DNA of 64,000 nt from assembly GCA_963840455.1 (NCBI GenBank), contig CAWIYV010000009.1, positions 1 through 64,000 of the forward strand, given 5' to 3'. Position 1 is the stretch's first letter. Each line of letters starts with the position of its first letter. Position numbers and translations under genes: made by a program. The notes below the pieces were generated by a model, which was not told the origin of the DNA, made no database searches, and saw nothing but the letters and a program-made list of their open reading frames with translations. The stretch comes from Nitrospirota bacterium (GTDB lineage: Bacteria > Nitrospirota > UBA9217). Of the stretch, positions 10,357 to 19,878 are shown in pieces.

Positions 10357-10393
10357 TTTACATCCTGCCCTAGCCTATGGTATAAATTATGCA
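10357..10393 (+). promoter_or_regulatory. sigma70 promoter overlapped by a sigma54-like -24/-12 site
   Basis: TTTACA-18-TATAAA with TGn; TGGTATAAATTATGCA gives GG-N10-GC at 10379-10392. Confidence 0.45.
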
Positions 10394-10434
10394 TATGGCG
10401 GCCCTTTCTCGGTCGCCATATCAACTTTCAGGCC

Positions 10435-11004
10435 ATGCTACGATCATTCTTTAGATTTTTTTCGGTCCTCGTCCTATTCTGTGTCCTTGCCGGGGTCCTT
10501 TACGGAAGTTACCGGCTTCTTCGTGACGTCGATTTTTCGATCCCCTCACTGTTCCGGCCCGCCCCCGGGAAGCGGCTGCTTATCAGCATGGACGGCTTTC
10601 GGTTCGCACAGACCGAGGACGGCAGGGTCTCCTGGAGGATCAACTCTTCCCGGACCGATCTGTTCGAGAGCAGGGAGGCTAGGTTACAGGACGTGGAGAT
10701 CCAGTTCCTGGAGCCCGACGGACGCAAGGCGGTTCTCATCGGCGAGACCGGGCTGATGGACACGCTGAACGGCAATGCCACGATCCGCCGGGGGGCTCGG
10801 GAAGTCAGGATCGTCACGAGCGACGGGTACCTGATGACGACCAACACCCTGTTCTGGAGGGCCGGTGACCGGGTCGTGACGACACCGGACCCCTTCAAGG
10901 TGCTGGGCAAGGAGATCTATCTCGAAGGCAAAGGACTATCCGCCGATGTGGACCTGCGGAAAATGCTGGTGAAAAGCAATGTCAAGGCGGTTCTTCAGGA
11001 ATAG
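10435..11004 (+). CDS. lptC: LPS export protein LptC
   Basis: N-terminal TM then beta-jellyroll pattern; precedes lptA/lptB. Confidence 0.85.
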   Translation: MLRSFFRFFSVLVLFCVLAGVLYGSYRLLRDVDFSIPSLFRPAPGKRLLISMDGFRFAQTEDGRVSWRINSSRTDLFESREARLQDVEIQFLEPDGRKAVLIGETGLMDTLNGNATIRRGAREVRIVTSDGYLMTTNTLFWRAGDRVVTTPDPFKVLGKEIYLEGKGLSADVDLRKMLVKSNVKAVLQE

Positions 11005-11497
11005 CACGCTGCTCGTTGCCGCCATCTTCCTGGTGGCGGCGGCGCCGGACCCTGATGCCCCGGAAAAGGCGAAGCGGGAACCCATCGTGGTCACGTCTGA
11101 CCGCATGGAAGCGGATGGGCTGGGGAACACCGTGATGTTCATCGGCGGCGTGACCCTGAAGAAGGAGAACATGACCCTGACCTCCGATCATCTGGTGGTG
11201 TACTACGATGCCGTCAACAAGGGGGTCCGGGAGATCGAGGCCCAGGGCAATGTCGTGGTCCATCAGGAAGGCCGGGTGGCCCTGGCGAACAAGGCCGTCT
11301 ATTACAGCAAGGAAGAGAAGATCGTCCTGACCGGCGACCCAAGGATCATCGAGAACGAGAACCAGTTGGGGGGGGAGCGAATAACGATGTTCATGCGGAG
11401 TGAGCGGAGCCTTATCGAAAGCGGCAACGTGTTGTTCTACCAGGACAAGCCTGAAGAAAGCAAGACGCAGAGGCCGGCTTTGCGCAGATCGAAGTGA
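10979..11497 (+). CDS. lptA: LPS transport protein LptA (OstA-like)
   Basis: Signal peptide, PIVVTSD, AQGNVVV, IVLTGDP; synteny. Confidence 0.88.
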   Translation: MSRRFFRNSTLLVAAIFLVAAAPDPDAPEKAKREPIVVTSDRMEADGLGNTVMFIGGVTLKKENMTLTSDHLVVYYDAVNKGVREIEAQGNVVVHQEGRVALANKAVYYSKEEKIVLTGDPRIIENENQLGGERITMFMRSERSLIESGNVLFYQDKPEESKTQRPALRRSK

Positions 11498-11561
11498 TCG
11501 ATTCGGCCCGGCTGCGTATGCCGGTCCTGTCCTGGTAACGGTGAGGAGCGGATAACGGATC

Positions 11562-12284
11562 ATGGATGCCCTTGAGGCAAAAAAACTGGAGAAGACCTAT
11601 CGCGGCCGCAAAGTGGTGAAAGGCGTTAGCTTCCAGGTTAAGCACGGCGAGGTGGTCGGATTGCTCGGCCCTAACGGCGCGGGCAAAACCACATCGTTCT
11701 ACATGGTGGTCGGCCTGGTGAAACCGGACCAGGGCAGGGTTGTCCTGGAGGGCAGGGACATCGCACGCATGCCCATGTACCAGCGGGCCCGGAACGGTAT
11801 CGGATATCTTGCCCAGGAGCCGTCCGTGTTCCGGAAGCTGACCGTCGCTGACAACCTTATGGCGATCCTCGAAACGCTGCGCATCTCCGACTTCGAGCGC
11901 CGGGACCGTCGTGACAGCCTCCTGGCCGAACTGGGGATCGCCCATCTCGCGAACAGCATGGCCTACACCCTCTCCGGCGGCGAGCGAAGGCGGGTGGAGA
12001 TCGCCCGCGCTCTCACCATGTCCCCCAAGTTCATCCTGCTGGACGAGCCCTTCGCGGGGATCGACCCTTTGGCGGTGCAGGACATCCAGGGCATCATTTC
12101 CCTGCTTAAGAACAAGGGGATCGGCATCCTGATCACGGACCACAACGTGCGGGAGACTCTGGCTATCACCGACCGCGCCTATATCATCAATGACGGTAAG
12201 ATCATCGAGGCAGGCACCCCGGCGGACATCACGGCGAGCCCTCGCGTACGGGAGCTCTATCTGGGTGAGTCGTTCAAGTTATGA
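11562..12284 (+). CDS. lptB: LPS export ABC ATPase LptB
   Basis: [44 protein letters not shown]. Confidence 0.97.
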   Translation: MDALEAKKLEKTYRGRKVVKGVSFQVKHGEVVGLLGPNGAGKTTSFYMVVGLVKPDQGRVVLEGRDIARMPMYQRARNGIGYLAQEPSVFRKLTVADNLMAILETLRISDFERRDRRDSLLAELGIAHLANSMAYTLSGGERRRVEIARALTMSPKFILLDEPFAGIDPLAVQDIQGIISLLKNKGIGILITDHNVRETLAITDRAYIINDGKIIEAGTPADITASPRVRELYLGESFKL

Positions 12285-12356
12285 AGGAGGAGACAGGACG
12301 AACCGTATTCCCTGTTCCTGGTGCAACACCTGGCCTGATGGTTGTCGTCCCTATTC

Positions 12357-12388
12357 CTTTGACCTTGAACCTTAAACCGTAAACCTGA
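12357..12388. repeat. heptamer tandem repeat, (C/A)TTGAAC family
   Basis: CTTTGAC CTTGAAC CTTAAAC CGTAAAC; same family at 34492-34565 and 35217-35302. Confidence 0.6.
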
Positions 12389-12395
12389 TACTTCT

Positions 12396-13877
12396 ATGGA
12401 AGCAAGGCTCGAACTAAAACTATCGCAAAAGCTCATCATGACCCCGCAGCTCCAGCAGGCCATCAAGCTGCTGCAGCTGTCCCGTCTCGAGCTCAGCCAG
12501 ACGCTCGCCCAGGAACTCCAGGAGAACCCGGTCCTGGAGGAGGTCTTACCCGACGCGGCAGATGACGCTCCGGAGGGCGATGGTGCGCCGGGGGAGGCGA
12601 TGGCGTCCATGGAGGCCGGAACGACCGCTCCTGAGCGCCAGGCCGAGACCGAGGGCGAGATGGAGCTCAAGAGCGAGTTCGACCAGGTCGGGACGCGGTG
12701 GGACGAATATATCGATGAGATGAGCGATGGACGGGACTACGGGACCATCGAGCCGTCCGAGGAGGACCGCCCATCCTACGACCAGACGCTTACCCGCATG
12801 CCTTCGCTCAGCGACCATCTCATGTGGCAGCTCCACCTGTCGGTCTCCGATGACGCGCAGCTCGCGGCCGGCGAGGTTATCATCGGGAATATCGATGACG
12901 ACGGCTATCTCCGCGCTACGCTGGACGAGATGGCGCGGGCCGCGGGGACGATGCCGCGGGATGTGGAGAGCGCCCTCGCGGTCATTCAGGGCTTCGATCC
13001 CGTCGGCGTAGGCGCCCGGGACCTCAAAGAGTGCCTCCTGATCCAGGTGAGATATCTTGACCTGCAGGGGAGCCTGGTGGAAAAGATCATTCAGGAGCAT
13101 CTCCCCGACCTGGAGAAGCGGAAATACCAGAATATCGCCAAAGTCCTGAACGTTACGCAGCAGGACGTCCTGGAGGCGTCTGCATTCATCATCCACGAGC
13201 TGGAGCCGAAGCCTGGCCGCCCCTTCGCATCCGCCGACACGCAGTATGTCGTCCCCGATGTGTACGTGGCCAAAGTGGAGGACCGCTACGTTATCCAGCT
13301 CAACGACGAGGGTTTTCCCCGCGTCCGTATAAACCCCTACTACCGGAAGATCCTGGGCCAGAAGGAAGGTGTCGACAAGACCACGCGGGAGTATATCGAA
13401 GAAAGGCTGCGCTCGGCCCAGTGGCTCATCAAGGGCATGGAGCAGCGGAACAAAACGATCTACAAGGTGGCGGAGAGCATCGTGAAGTTCCAGACGGAAT
13501 TTCTGGAACACGGCATCTCGCTTCTGAAGCCGATGGTCCTCAAGGATGTCGCCGAGGACATCTCTATGCACGAGTCGACCATCAGCCGGGTCACGACCAA
13601 CAAGTACATGCATACACCGCAGGGCATCTTCCCCCTTAAGTTCTTTTTCACCACTGGGTTCACCACGGCAGGGACCGGCGCCGAGGTCTCTTCGCTTACC
13701 GTGAAGGACACGATCCAGAAGATGGTCCGCGAGGAGAGTCCGGCCGCGCCGCTCAAGGACCAACAGATCGTGGACGCCCTTAAGGCCCGCGGTCTCGATA
13801 TCGCCCGGAGGACCGTAGCAAAGTACCGCGAGGAGCTCAGGATCCCGCCCACGAGCGTGCGGAAGAGGATGGGATAA
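12396..13877 (+). CDS. rpoN: RNA polymerase sigma-54 factor
   Basis: MTPQLQQAIKLLQL region I, HESTISRVTTNKY, RpoN box ARRTVAKYRE. Confidence 0.98.
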   Translation: MEARLELKLSQKLIMTPQLQQAIKLLQLSRLELSQTLAQELQENPVLEEVLPDAADDAPEGDGAPGEAMASMEAGTTAPERQAETEGEMELKSEFDQVGTRWDEYIDEMSDGRDYGTIEPSEEDRPSYDQTLTRMPSLSDHLMWQLHLSVSDDAQLAAGEVIIGNIDDDGYLRATLDEMARAAGTMPRDVESALAVIQGFDPVGVGARDLKECLLIQVRYLDLQGSLVEKIIQEHLPDLEKRKYQNIAKVLNVTQQDVLEASAFIIHELEPKPGRPFASADTQYVVPDVYVAKVEDRYVIQLNDEGFPRVRINPYYRKILGQKEGVDKTTREYIEERLRSAQWLIKGMEQRNKTIYKVAESIVKFQTEFLEHGISLLKPMVLKDVAEDISMHESTISRVTTNKYMHTPQGIFPLKFFFTTGFTTAGTGAEVSSLTVKDTIQKMVREESPAAPLKDQQIVDALKARGLDIARRTVAKYREELRIPPTSVRKRMG

Positions 13878-13892
13878 CGGAATACCATCACC

Positions 13893-14017
13893 AGATCCCC
13901 AGGCACAGAATTTTAAATGCACCGCAAATTCCAAATTCGTAGTTCGAATGACCGAAGCGTCTGGAATTTGATGGTCGGAATTTATTTGTGACTGGGGACT
14001 TGGAATTCGCAGTTATC
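13893..14017. repeat. degenerate inverted short-tandem repeat (AAATTCC/GGAATTT family)
   Basis: TCCCCAG..CAAATTCCAAATT left arm versus GGAATTTG..GGAATTT..CTGGGGACTTGGAATT right arm. Confidence 0.55.
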
Positions 14018-14028
14018 AGGAGGTTGCT

Positions 14029-14565
14029 ATGCAGGTGACGGTTATCGGAAGGCATCTTGAGGCGACCGACGCCCTCAAGCAGTACGCGACGGAACGCTTC
14101 CAGCGGCTCGAAAAGTATCTGCCCCGGAACAGCCAGGCGACCATCACCCTGGCGGTGGTGAAGAAGGTCCATCACATCGCTGAGGCCATGATCAAGGCGG
14201 GCGGCCTGCTCGTCCAGGCGACGGAGGAGACCGAAGAGATGTACTCATCCATCGACCTTCTGTACGAGAAGCTCGAGCGCAGGGTCAGGAAGTACAAGGA
14301 GCGGCTGACGGACCACAAGCACCAGACCGGTGTCTCGGAGATGTTAAGCGTCGCGCAGGCCGCGGCCCATCCCGAGGACCGCATTCCCCAGATCATCAGG
14401 ACCAAGAGGTTCGACCTCAAACCGATGCTGGCCGAAGAGGCCGTCATGCAGATGGAGCTCCTGGACAAGCCATTCTTCATCTTTGCCAATGCCACGAGCG
14501 GACAGGTCAATGTCATATATCGTCGTAATGACGGCAACGTGGGGCTCATCGAGCCGGCCCGGTGA
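14029..14565 (+). CDS. hpf: ribosome hibernation promoting factor, long form
   Basis: GRHLEATDALKQY, MYSSID, C-terminal EEAVMQMELL..VIYRRNDG. Confidence 0.95.
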   Translation: MQVTVIGRHLEATDALKQYATERFQRLEKYLPRNSQATITLAVVKKVHHIAEAMIKAGGLLVQATEETEEMYSSIDLLYEKLERRVRKYKERLTDHKHQTGVSEMLSVAQAAAHPEDRIPQIIRTKRFDLKPMLAEEAVMQMELLDKPFFIFANATSGQVNVIYRRNDGNVGLIEPAR

Positions 14566-14574
14566 GGAGGCGAA

Positions 14575-15048
14575 ATGCCCAGGATCCAGGACCTCCTCGA
14601 CGGTGACCTCATTATCGAGGACCTGCAGGCGACGGACAAGACAGGGGTGATCCGCGAGTTCGCGGCATTCCTTAAGAGCCGGGGCAAGGTGCGGGATGAG
14701 GAGGAGCTGTACGACATTATCATGCAGCGCGAGTCCACCACCACCGGGATCGGCGACGGGATCGCGATCCCCCATGGAAGGATGAAGGACCTTGCGGGCG
14801 TGGTCGTGGCATTCGGCCGTTCCCGGAAGGGTGTTGATTTCCAGTCCATGGACGGAAAACCCGCCCAGCTGTTCTTCCTGTTCATCACGCCCGAGAGCAG
14901 GCCCGAGGACCATCTGGCGGTCCTGCGGCGCCTGGCGCGGATCACGCGGAACCCGGTCCTGCGCGAACAGCTCCTTCGGTCCACCGACCGACGGGAAATG
15001 CAGAAGCTGATCCTCGATGAGGATGACAAATACCTGCACTGCAGATGA
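14575..15048 (+). CDS. ptsN: PTS EIIA(Ntr)-like protein
   Basis: TGIGDGIAIPHGR phospho-His motif; synteny. Confidence 0.9.
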   Translation: MPRIQDLLDGDLIIEDLQATDKTGVIREFAAFLKSRGKVRDEEELYDIIMQRESTTTGIGDGIAIPHGRMKDLAGVVVAFGRSRKGVDFQSMDGKPAQLFFLFITPESRPEDHLAVLRRLARITRNPVLREQLLRSTDRREMQKLILDEDDKYLHCR

Positions 15049-15929
15049 AGACCACCGTTAAAGACCTGATCGGCCGCGGCCGCATCGTGGCCGGCACCGC
15101 CGGCATCAAGAGGGAGGTCACGTCGCCCCAGATCAGCAAGCCGGAGCTCTCCCAGTGGGCGACTTACCGCGACATGGGGGGCAGCATGCTCCACCTCCCT
15201 CCTGCGCAGGCCGCGCACCTCTGCACGCTTCCGAAAAATGAGCGCCTGCGGCTCGCCCGGGCGATCATGAAGAAGAAACCTGCCGGCATCGTGCTCACCG
15301 GCGGCTCAATCTGCCGCGAGTTCCTGGACGCGGCCGACGCCGCGGGGGTCCCCGTGCTCAAGAGCGGTAATATCCTCCGCATGGAGCGCCTGTTGACGGA
15401 ACGCCTCGCACCTCGAGTGGGTCTTCACGGCGTGCTGGTCCAGGTCTTCGGAATCGGCATCCTTATCCTCGGCGAGAGCGCCATCGGCAAGAGCGAGGCG
15501 GCGCTGGACCTGGTCCTGCGAGGCCACCGGCTCGCGGCCGACGACGTGGTCATGCTTGAACGGCGTGAGGGGGGCATCACCGGCGGCCCGACCGACATCG
15601 GCTCGGGCTTGCTGGAGATCCGAGGGCTGGGCGTCATCGATGTCAAGGCGCTGTACGGTGAATCGGCGACCACGGACCGCTGCGGCGTCGGGCTGGTCGT
15701 GGAGCTGGAAGAATGGAAGAAGGGGGCGCACTACAGCCTTCTGGGACTCAGGGAGCGGCGCACGAGGATCCTCGGTGTCGGCCTCCCCTATCTCAAGCTG
15801 CCGGTGAAGCCGGGGCGGAACATGGCGACCCTCATCGAGGTTGCGGCAAGAAACCAGATGCTCAAGGAGCAGGGCATCTACACCGCCCGGGAATTGAGCA
15901 GGAAACTGAACAAGAGGCTTGCGCGATGA
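15045..15929 (+). CDS. hprK: HPr kinase/phosphorylase
   Basis: LHGVLV, GESAIGKSE, GHRLAADD, LEIRGLGVID, PVKPGRN. Confidence 0.92.
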   Translation: MKTTVKDLIGRGRIVAGTAGIKREVTSPQISKPELSQWATYRDMGGSMLHLPPAQAAHLCTLPKNERLRLARAIMKKKPAGIVLTGGSICREFLDAADAAGVPVLKSGNILRMERLLTERLAPRVGLHGVLVQVFGIGILILGESAIGKSEAALDLVLRGHRLAADDVVMLERREGGITGGPTDIGSGLLEIRGLGVIDVKALYGESATTDRCGVGLVVELEEWKKGAHYSLLGLRERRTRILGVGLPYLKLPVKPGRNMATLIEVAARNQMLKEQGIYTARELSRKLNKRLAR

Positions 15930-16792
15930 AGCACCGGCGGATGGTGGTGATTACGGGCATGTCGGGCTCGGGCAGGAGCGCGGCGCTCAAGGCGTTCGAG
16001 GACATCGGGTTCTATTGCGTTGACAATCTGCCGCTGCCCCTCCTCCCCGCCTTCATGGATTTTGCGCGCAGTTCCGACGAGGCGAGCTGGTCAGCGATCG
16101 GCATCGACATTCGGGAGAAGGGGTTCGCCGAGGAGTTTCCCGCGCGATACGGCGCGCTCAAGGCCGCGGGCCAGGGGGTCGAGATGCTGTTCCTCGAGGC
16201 GTCCGACCAGGCGCTGGTCCGCCGATACAGCGAGACGCGCAGGCCTCACACGCTGGCGAAGGGTGCGACCCCGCTTCTGGACGCCATCGGTCAGGAACGG
16301 AAGGCGCTCACCGAGGTGCGGACGCTTGCCGACCGGATCCTGGACACCACGGACTACACGGTCCATTATCTCCGGCAGGCGATCGAACGGTACTATGCCG
16401 GCGGTGACGGCGGGCGGCCCATGCAAATCACCCTCGTGACCTTCGGTTACAAGTACGGCGCTCCCTACGACCTGGACCTTCTGTTCGACCTCAGGTTCCT
16501 GCCGAACCCGCATTTTATACCCGAACTGAAGCCGCTCACCGGGGAGGATGACCGGATTCGGAAGTACGTGACGGCCCCGCAGGAGTCCGAAGAGTTCCTC
16601 GCACGTTTCATGGACTTCCTGGCATACCTGGTGCCCCGGTACCGGACCGAGGGGAAAAGCTATCTTACCATTGGGCTCGGGTGCACGGGCGGCAGGCACC
16701 GGTCCGTGGCGGTGGGACTGGTCGCAGCCGAGCGCCTGCGGACACTCGGGTACGAAGTCAACGTCAAGCATCGCGACATCATGAGGGCCTGA
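15926..16792 (+). CDS. rapZ: RNase adapter RapZ (YhbJ/YvcJ)
   Basis: ITGMSGSGRS, CVDNLP, RRYSETRRPH, DLRFLPNP, GCTGGRHRSV; ATGA overlap with hprK. Confidence 0.93.
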   Translation: MKHRRMVVITGMSGSGRSAALKAFEDIGFYCVDNLPLPLLPAFMDFARSSDEASWSAIGIDIREKGFAEEFPARYGALKAAGQGVEMLFLEASDQALVRRYSETRRPHTLAKGATPLLDAIGQERKALTEVRTLADRILDTTDYTVHYLRQAIERYYAGGDGGRPMQITLVTFGYKYGAPYDLDLLFDLRFLPNPHFIPELKPLTGEDDRIRKYVTAPQESEEFLARFMDFLAYLVPRYRTEGKSYLTIGLGCTGGRHRSVAVGLVAAERLRTLGYEVNVKHRDIMRA

Positions 16793-16838
16793 ATCCAGGA
16801 GCGGGCGTATTCCCCGCGCTTGGTGCAGGGAGCTTCAA
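16789..16838 (+). mobile_element. short (internally deleted) copy of IS200/IS605-like non-autonomous element
   Basis: CTGAA|TCCAGGAGCGGGCGTATTCCCCGCGCTTGGTGCAGGGAGCTTCAA: both ends kept, one hybrid hairpin. Confidence 0.75.
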
Positions 16839-16943
16839 CGCGGCGCGCCGGAAGCTGCATCGATGGTATCAACCGAAGGGCATAATGGATCAAACGGGTA
16901 AGGGCGGCCGGGCACCATCGGGGCCCTTCAAAGGAGAAGAGGT

Positions 16944-17345
16944 ATGGTCGGTCTGGTGATCGTATGTCACGAGGACATGGGCGCAGAGCTGGTCAGGGCC
17001 GCTGAGATGATCGTGGGCAGGATCGAGGCGGTGGAGACCGTCGGCGTTAAACAGGACAGCGCACCGGAAACGCTCCGGGACCGGATCCAGGGAGCCATCA
17101 AGAAAGTGGACCGGAAGAAGGGCGTCATGCTCTTCACCGACATGTTCGGCGGTACGCCGTCCAACATCGCCCTCGCCTTCCTCGGCGATTCCGTCGAGGT
17201 GGTAAGCGGCGTGAACCTGTCCATGATCATTAAGTTCGCGAACCATCGCGAGGAGAAGGCGCTCCCCGACTTGGCCAGGCTGGTTCAGGATGCGGCGCAG
17301 AAGAGCATCGTCATCGCCAGCCAGATGCTGAAGGGGAAGAAATAG
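16944..17345 (+). CDS. PTS mannose/fructose-family EIIA
   Basis: VIVCH, TDMFGGTPSN, GVNLSM; GTA/ATG start region with AGAGG RBS. Confidence 0.92.
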   Translation: MVGLVIVCHEDMGAELVRAAEMIVGRIEAVETVGVKQDSAPETLRDRIQGAIKKVDRKKGVMLFTDMFGGTPSNIALAFLGDSVEVVSGVNLSMIIKFANHREEKALPDLARLVQDAAQKSIVIASQMLKGKK

Positions 17346-17351
17346 CGCTCT

Positions 17352-17840
17352 ATGATCATCCTCGCACGCATAGACGACCGGTTGATCCACGGTCAGGTCA
17401 TTGAGGGGTGGGTGAACTTCCTGAAAGCCACCTGCATCCTGGTGGCGGACGACAAAGTGGCCGCGAACCCGCTCCAGCGCTCTATCATGGAGATCTCCGT
17501 GCCGGAAAGGCTGAAGGTCATCATCGGCAAGGTCGAAGAGATCTGCGAAAAGGTCCGCTCATCATCGCTGGACTCGGAACGCGCCATCCTGCTCTTTTCG
17601 AACCCCGTTGACGTGGTCCGCTGCTTGAAGGCGGGCCTGTCGTTTCCGAAGATCAACCTGGGTGGTCTTCACTTTGTGCCGGGCAAGCGGAAGATCATGG
17701 ATGTCCTCGCCGTCGATGACGCTGATCTCGAGGCCCTGCAGGACATCCTGCGGCAGGGTGTGAAGGTCGAGATCCAGACGGTGCCGACGGAAAAGCCCCA
17801 GCCGCTGGAGAAGGCGTTTAAGGTGTGTCTGGGAGCGTAA
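17352..17840 (+). CDS. PTS mannose-family EIIB
   Basis: RIDDRLIHGQV, INLGG. Confidence 0.93.
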   Translation: MIILARIDDRLIHGQVIEGWVNFLKATCILVADDKVAANPLQRSIMEISVPERLKVIIGKVEEICEKVRSSSLDSERAILLFSNPVDVVRCLKAGLSFPKINLGGLHFVPGKRKIMDVLAVDDADLEALQDILRQGVKVEIQTVPTEKPQPLEKAFKVCLGA

Positions 17841-17912
17841 GGCAGTTGGAAGTTCCGAGCACGGAGTGCGGGATCATACATATTCTCCGTTGAAGTCGAT
17901 TCGAGCTTCACA

Positions 17913-18031
17913 TTGAAGCTCCCTGCAGCAAGCTGCAGGGAGACTTCGATCCTTAAAAGGTAGTATCGTTATTCTAATCGCTCGCTAATCACGCAGCAAG
18001 CTGCGAGGAATGCGCTCGCTCCTGGATTCGC
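17913..18031 (-). mobile_element. full-length copy of the ~112-nt IS200/IS605-like element
   Basis: Minus strand reads GCGAA|TCCAGGAGCGAGCGCATTCCTCGCAGCTTGCTGCG..CCCTGCAGCTTGCTGCAGGGAGCTTCAA. Confidence 0.85.
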
Positions 18032-18040
18032 CGGTCCGTA

Positions 18041-18817
18041 ATGCAAACTATGTTTGATGCTCATACCATAACACAGGTCCTCTTCTCCGCTGTAATCTGC
18101 GGTATCATCGGCCTCGACCGGACGGCCCTGGGACAGTTCATGATATCCCAGCCGGTGGTCGCCGGGCCCCTGACCGGATGGCTCCTGGGCGACGCGACCG
18201 CAGGGTTCATCATCGGCGGGACGCTGGAACTGGTCTGGGTGCTCGACATGCCCATCGGGACGTTCGTGCCGGCGGATTCCACGGTGGCTGCCGTCGCAGC
18301 CACGGCGATCGCGGTACTGGGCAGTGGCAAACCGGCGGACCTGCCAGTGATCGGATTCAGCCTGTTCATGACCGTCGCAATGGTACCCGTGACGATGTTC
18401 GCTGACCACCTGATGCGCCAGCGGAACGCGCAGATCCCCGAGCTCGCCCTGTCGTCCGGCGGACGGCCCACGGAGGCGGGTGTGACGACCTGGCACCTCG
18501 CGGGGCTCATCGCATTCTTCCTGAAGTCGTTCTTCATGTGCCTTGCGCTGGTGCCTGCGGGACTCGTTCTTGTCGCAGGCTTCCGGTCGCTGCCGGCGCC
18601 ATTCTCCCGGGCCATGGAGGTCTTCGTCACCCTTCTCCCGTTGCTCGGGGCAGCGTCAGTGGCGCGCAGACTTTCGATGAACACGCTGGACCGGACCTTG
18701 CTCATGGGATTCTGCGTCGGCGCCGTCAGCGTGCAGCTGTTCCATGTCCCGGAGCTCGCAGCCATCATGCTCGCTGCAGCGGGGGGCTGGGTGGGGGTGC
18801 GTTCCCATGGCGCATGA
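18041..18817 (+). CDS. PTS mannose-family EIIC
   Basis: GLDRTALGQFMISQPVVAGPLTG, GGTLEL; multi-TM. Confidence 0.88.
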   Translation: MQTMFDAHTITQVLFSAVICGIIGLDRTALGQFMISQPVVAGPLTGWLLGDATAGFIIGGTLELVWVLDMPIGTFVPADSTVAAVAATAIAVLGSGKPADLPVIGFSLFMTVAMVPVTMFADHLMRQRNAQIPELALSSGGRPTEAGVTTWHLAGLIAFFLKSFFMCLALVPAGLVLVAGFRSLPAPFSRAMEVFVTLLPLLGAASVARRLSMNTLDRTLLMGFCVGAVSVQLFHVPELAAIMLAAAGGWVGVRSHGA

Positions 18818-19586
18818 CGCGGTGTCCCTGCGGACCGTGGACCTGCTCGGCATCTTCTGGAGGTCCTTCTTCATTCAGGCGTCGTGGAGCTATGACCGGC
18901 TGCAGTCACTCGGCTTCGCGTTCGCGCTCCTCCCGGCGCTGCGGCGGCTCTACCCGGACCGGTCAGAGCTCTCGTCGCGTCTGGCTGTGCACATGGAGTA
19001 TTTCAACACCCAGCCGTATCTCGCCTCGTTCATCCTGGGGGCGGCTGCTCGGGCCGAGGAGGAACGCGCGTCGGGAAGGAAACCGGATCTGAACGTGACG
19101 GAGCTGAAAACAACCCTCATGGCCCCGCTCGGAGCGCTGGGGGACAGTTTCTTCTGGGGCTCCTTGAAGCCCTTCGCCGCGGCGGCGGCGGTCGCTGTGC
19201 TGCTCACTGGGGCCTGGTGGGCGCCGCTCCTGTTCCTGGTCCTGTACAATATTGTGCACGTGGGGTTGCGGTTCATTCTTGTGTTCGTCGGCTATTCGAC
19301 ACAAGGCGATGTCGTGGGGCTGATGTCCCGGTACAACTTTACCAGGTTGGCGCGGAGGTACAAGGTCTTGTCCCTTGCTATCGTCGGTTGCATCGTCGGC
19401 ACTATCTCCGTTTGGGACCCGGATTTCCAGCCTGCTGTTGCCATTCCCTCGCCGGCCATGGCGGCGGGGGGGTTGTCGCTCACGCTGGCGTTGACCGCCC
19501 TGCTTCGCATCGGCGCGACTCCGGTGAATCTGATGATCGGCCTGGCCGCTGCATGCCTCGCATGTGCCCTGGGAGGGATCGTGTAA
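18807..19586 (+). CDS. PTS mannose-family EIID
   Basis: QASWSYDRLQSLGF, YFNTQP, MAPLGALGDSFFW. Confidence 0.9.
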   Translation: MAHDAVSLRTVDLLGIFWRSFFIQASWSYDRLQSLGFAFALLPALRRLYPDRSELSSRLAVHMEYFNTQPYLASFILGAAARAEEERASGRKPDLNVTELKTTLMAPLGALGDSFFWGSLKPFAAAAAVAVLLTGAWWAPLLFLVLYNIVHVGLRFILVFVGYSTQGDVVGLMSRYNFTRLARRYKVLSLAIVGCIVGTISVWDPDFQPAVAIPSPAMAAGGLSLTLALTALLRIGATPVNLMIGLAAACLACALGGIV

Positions 19587-19855
19587 TGAAGAAAAAGGAC
19601 CTGCTGATCGAGAACAAGCTCGGTCTGCACGCCCGGGCAGCCGCCCAGATCGTGAAGGCCGCGAGCGGTTTCAACTCGAAGATCCTGTTGAGCAAGGACG
19701 GCATCGAAGTGGACGGGAAGAGCATCATGGGCATCATGATGATGGCCGCGGCAAGGGGCACCACGGTCCTGGTGTCTGCAGAGGGTGATGACGAAGACAA
19801 GGCCCTGGAGGGGATGGAGAAGCTGTTCAAGGAGAAGTTCGGGGAGAAAGAGTAA
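19586..19855 (+). CDS. ptsH: phosphocarrier protein HPr
   Basis: GLHARAA (His15), DGKSIMGIM (Ser46); TAATG overlap with EIID. Confidence 0.96.
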   Translation: MKKKDLLIENKLGLHARAAAQIVKAASGFNSKILLSKDGIEVDGKSIMGIMMMAAARGTTVLVSAEGDDEDKALEGMEKLFKEKFGEKE

Positions 19856-19878
19856 GAGGCAGGAAACAGAGACACACT

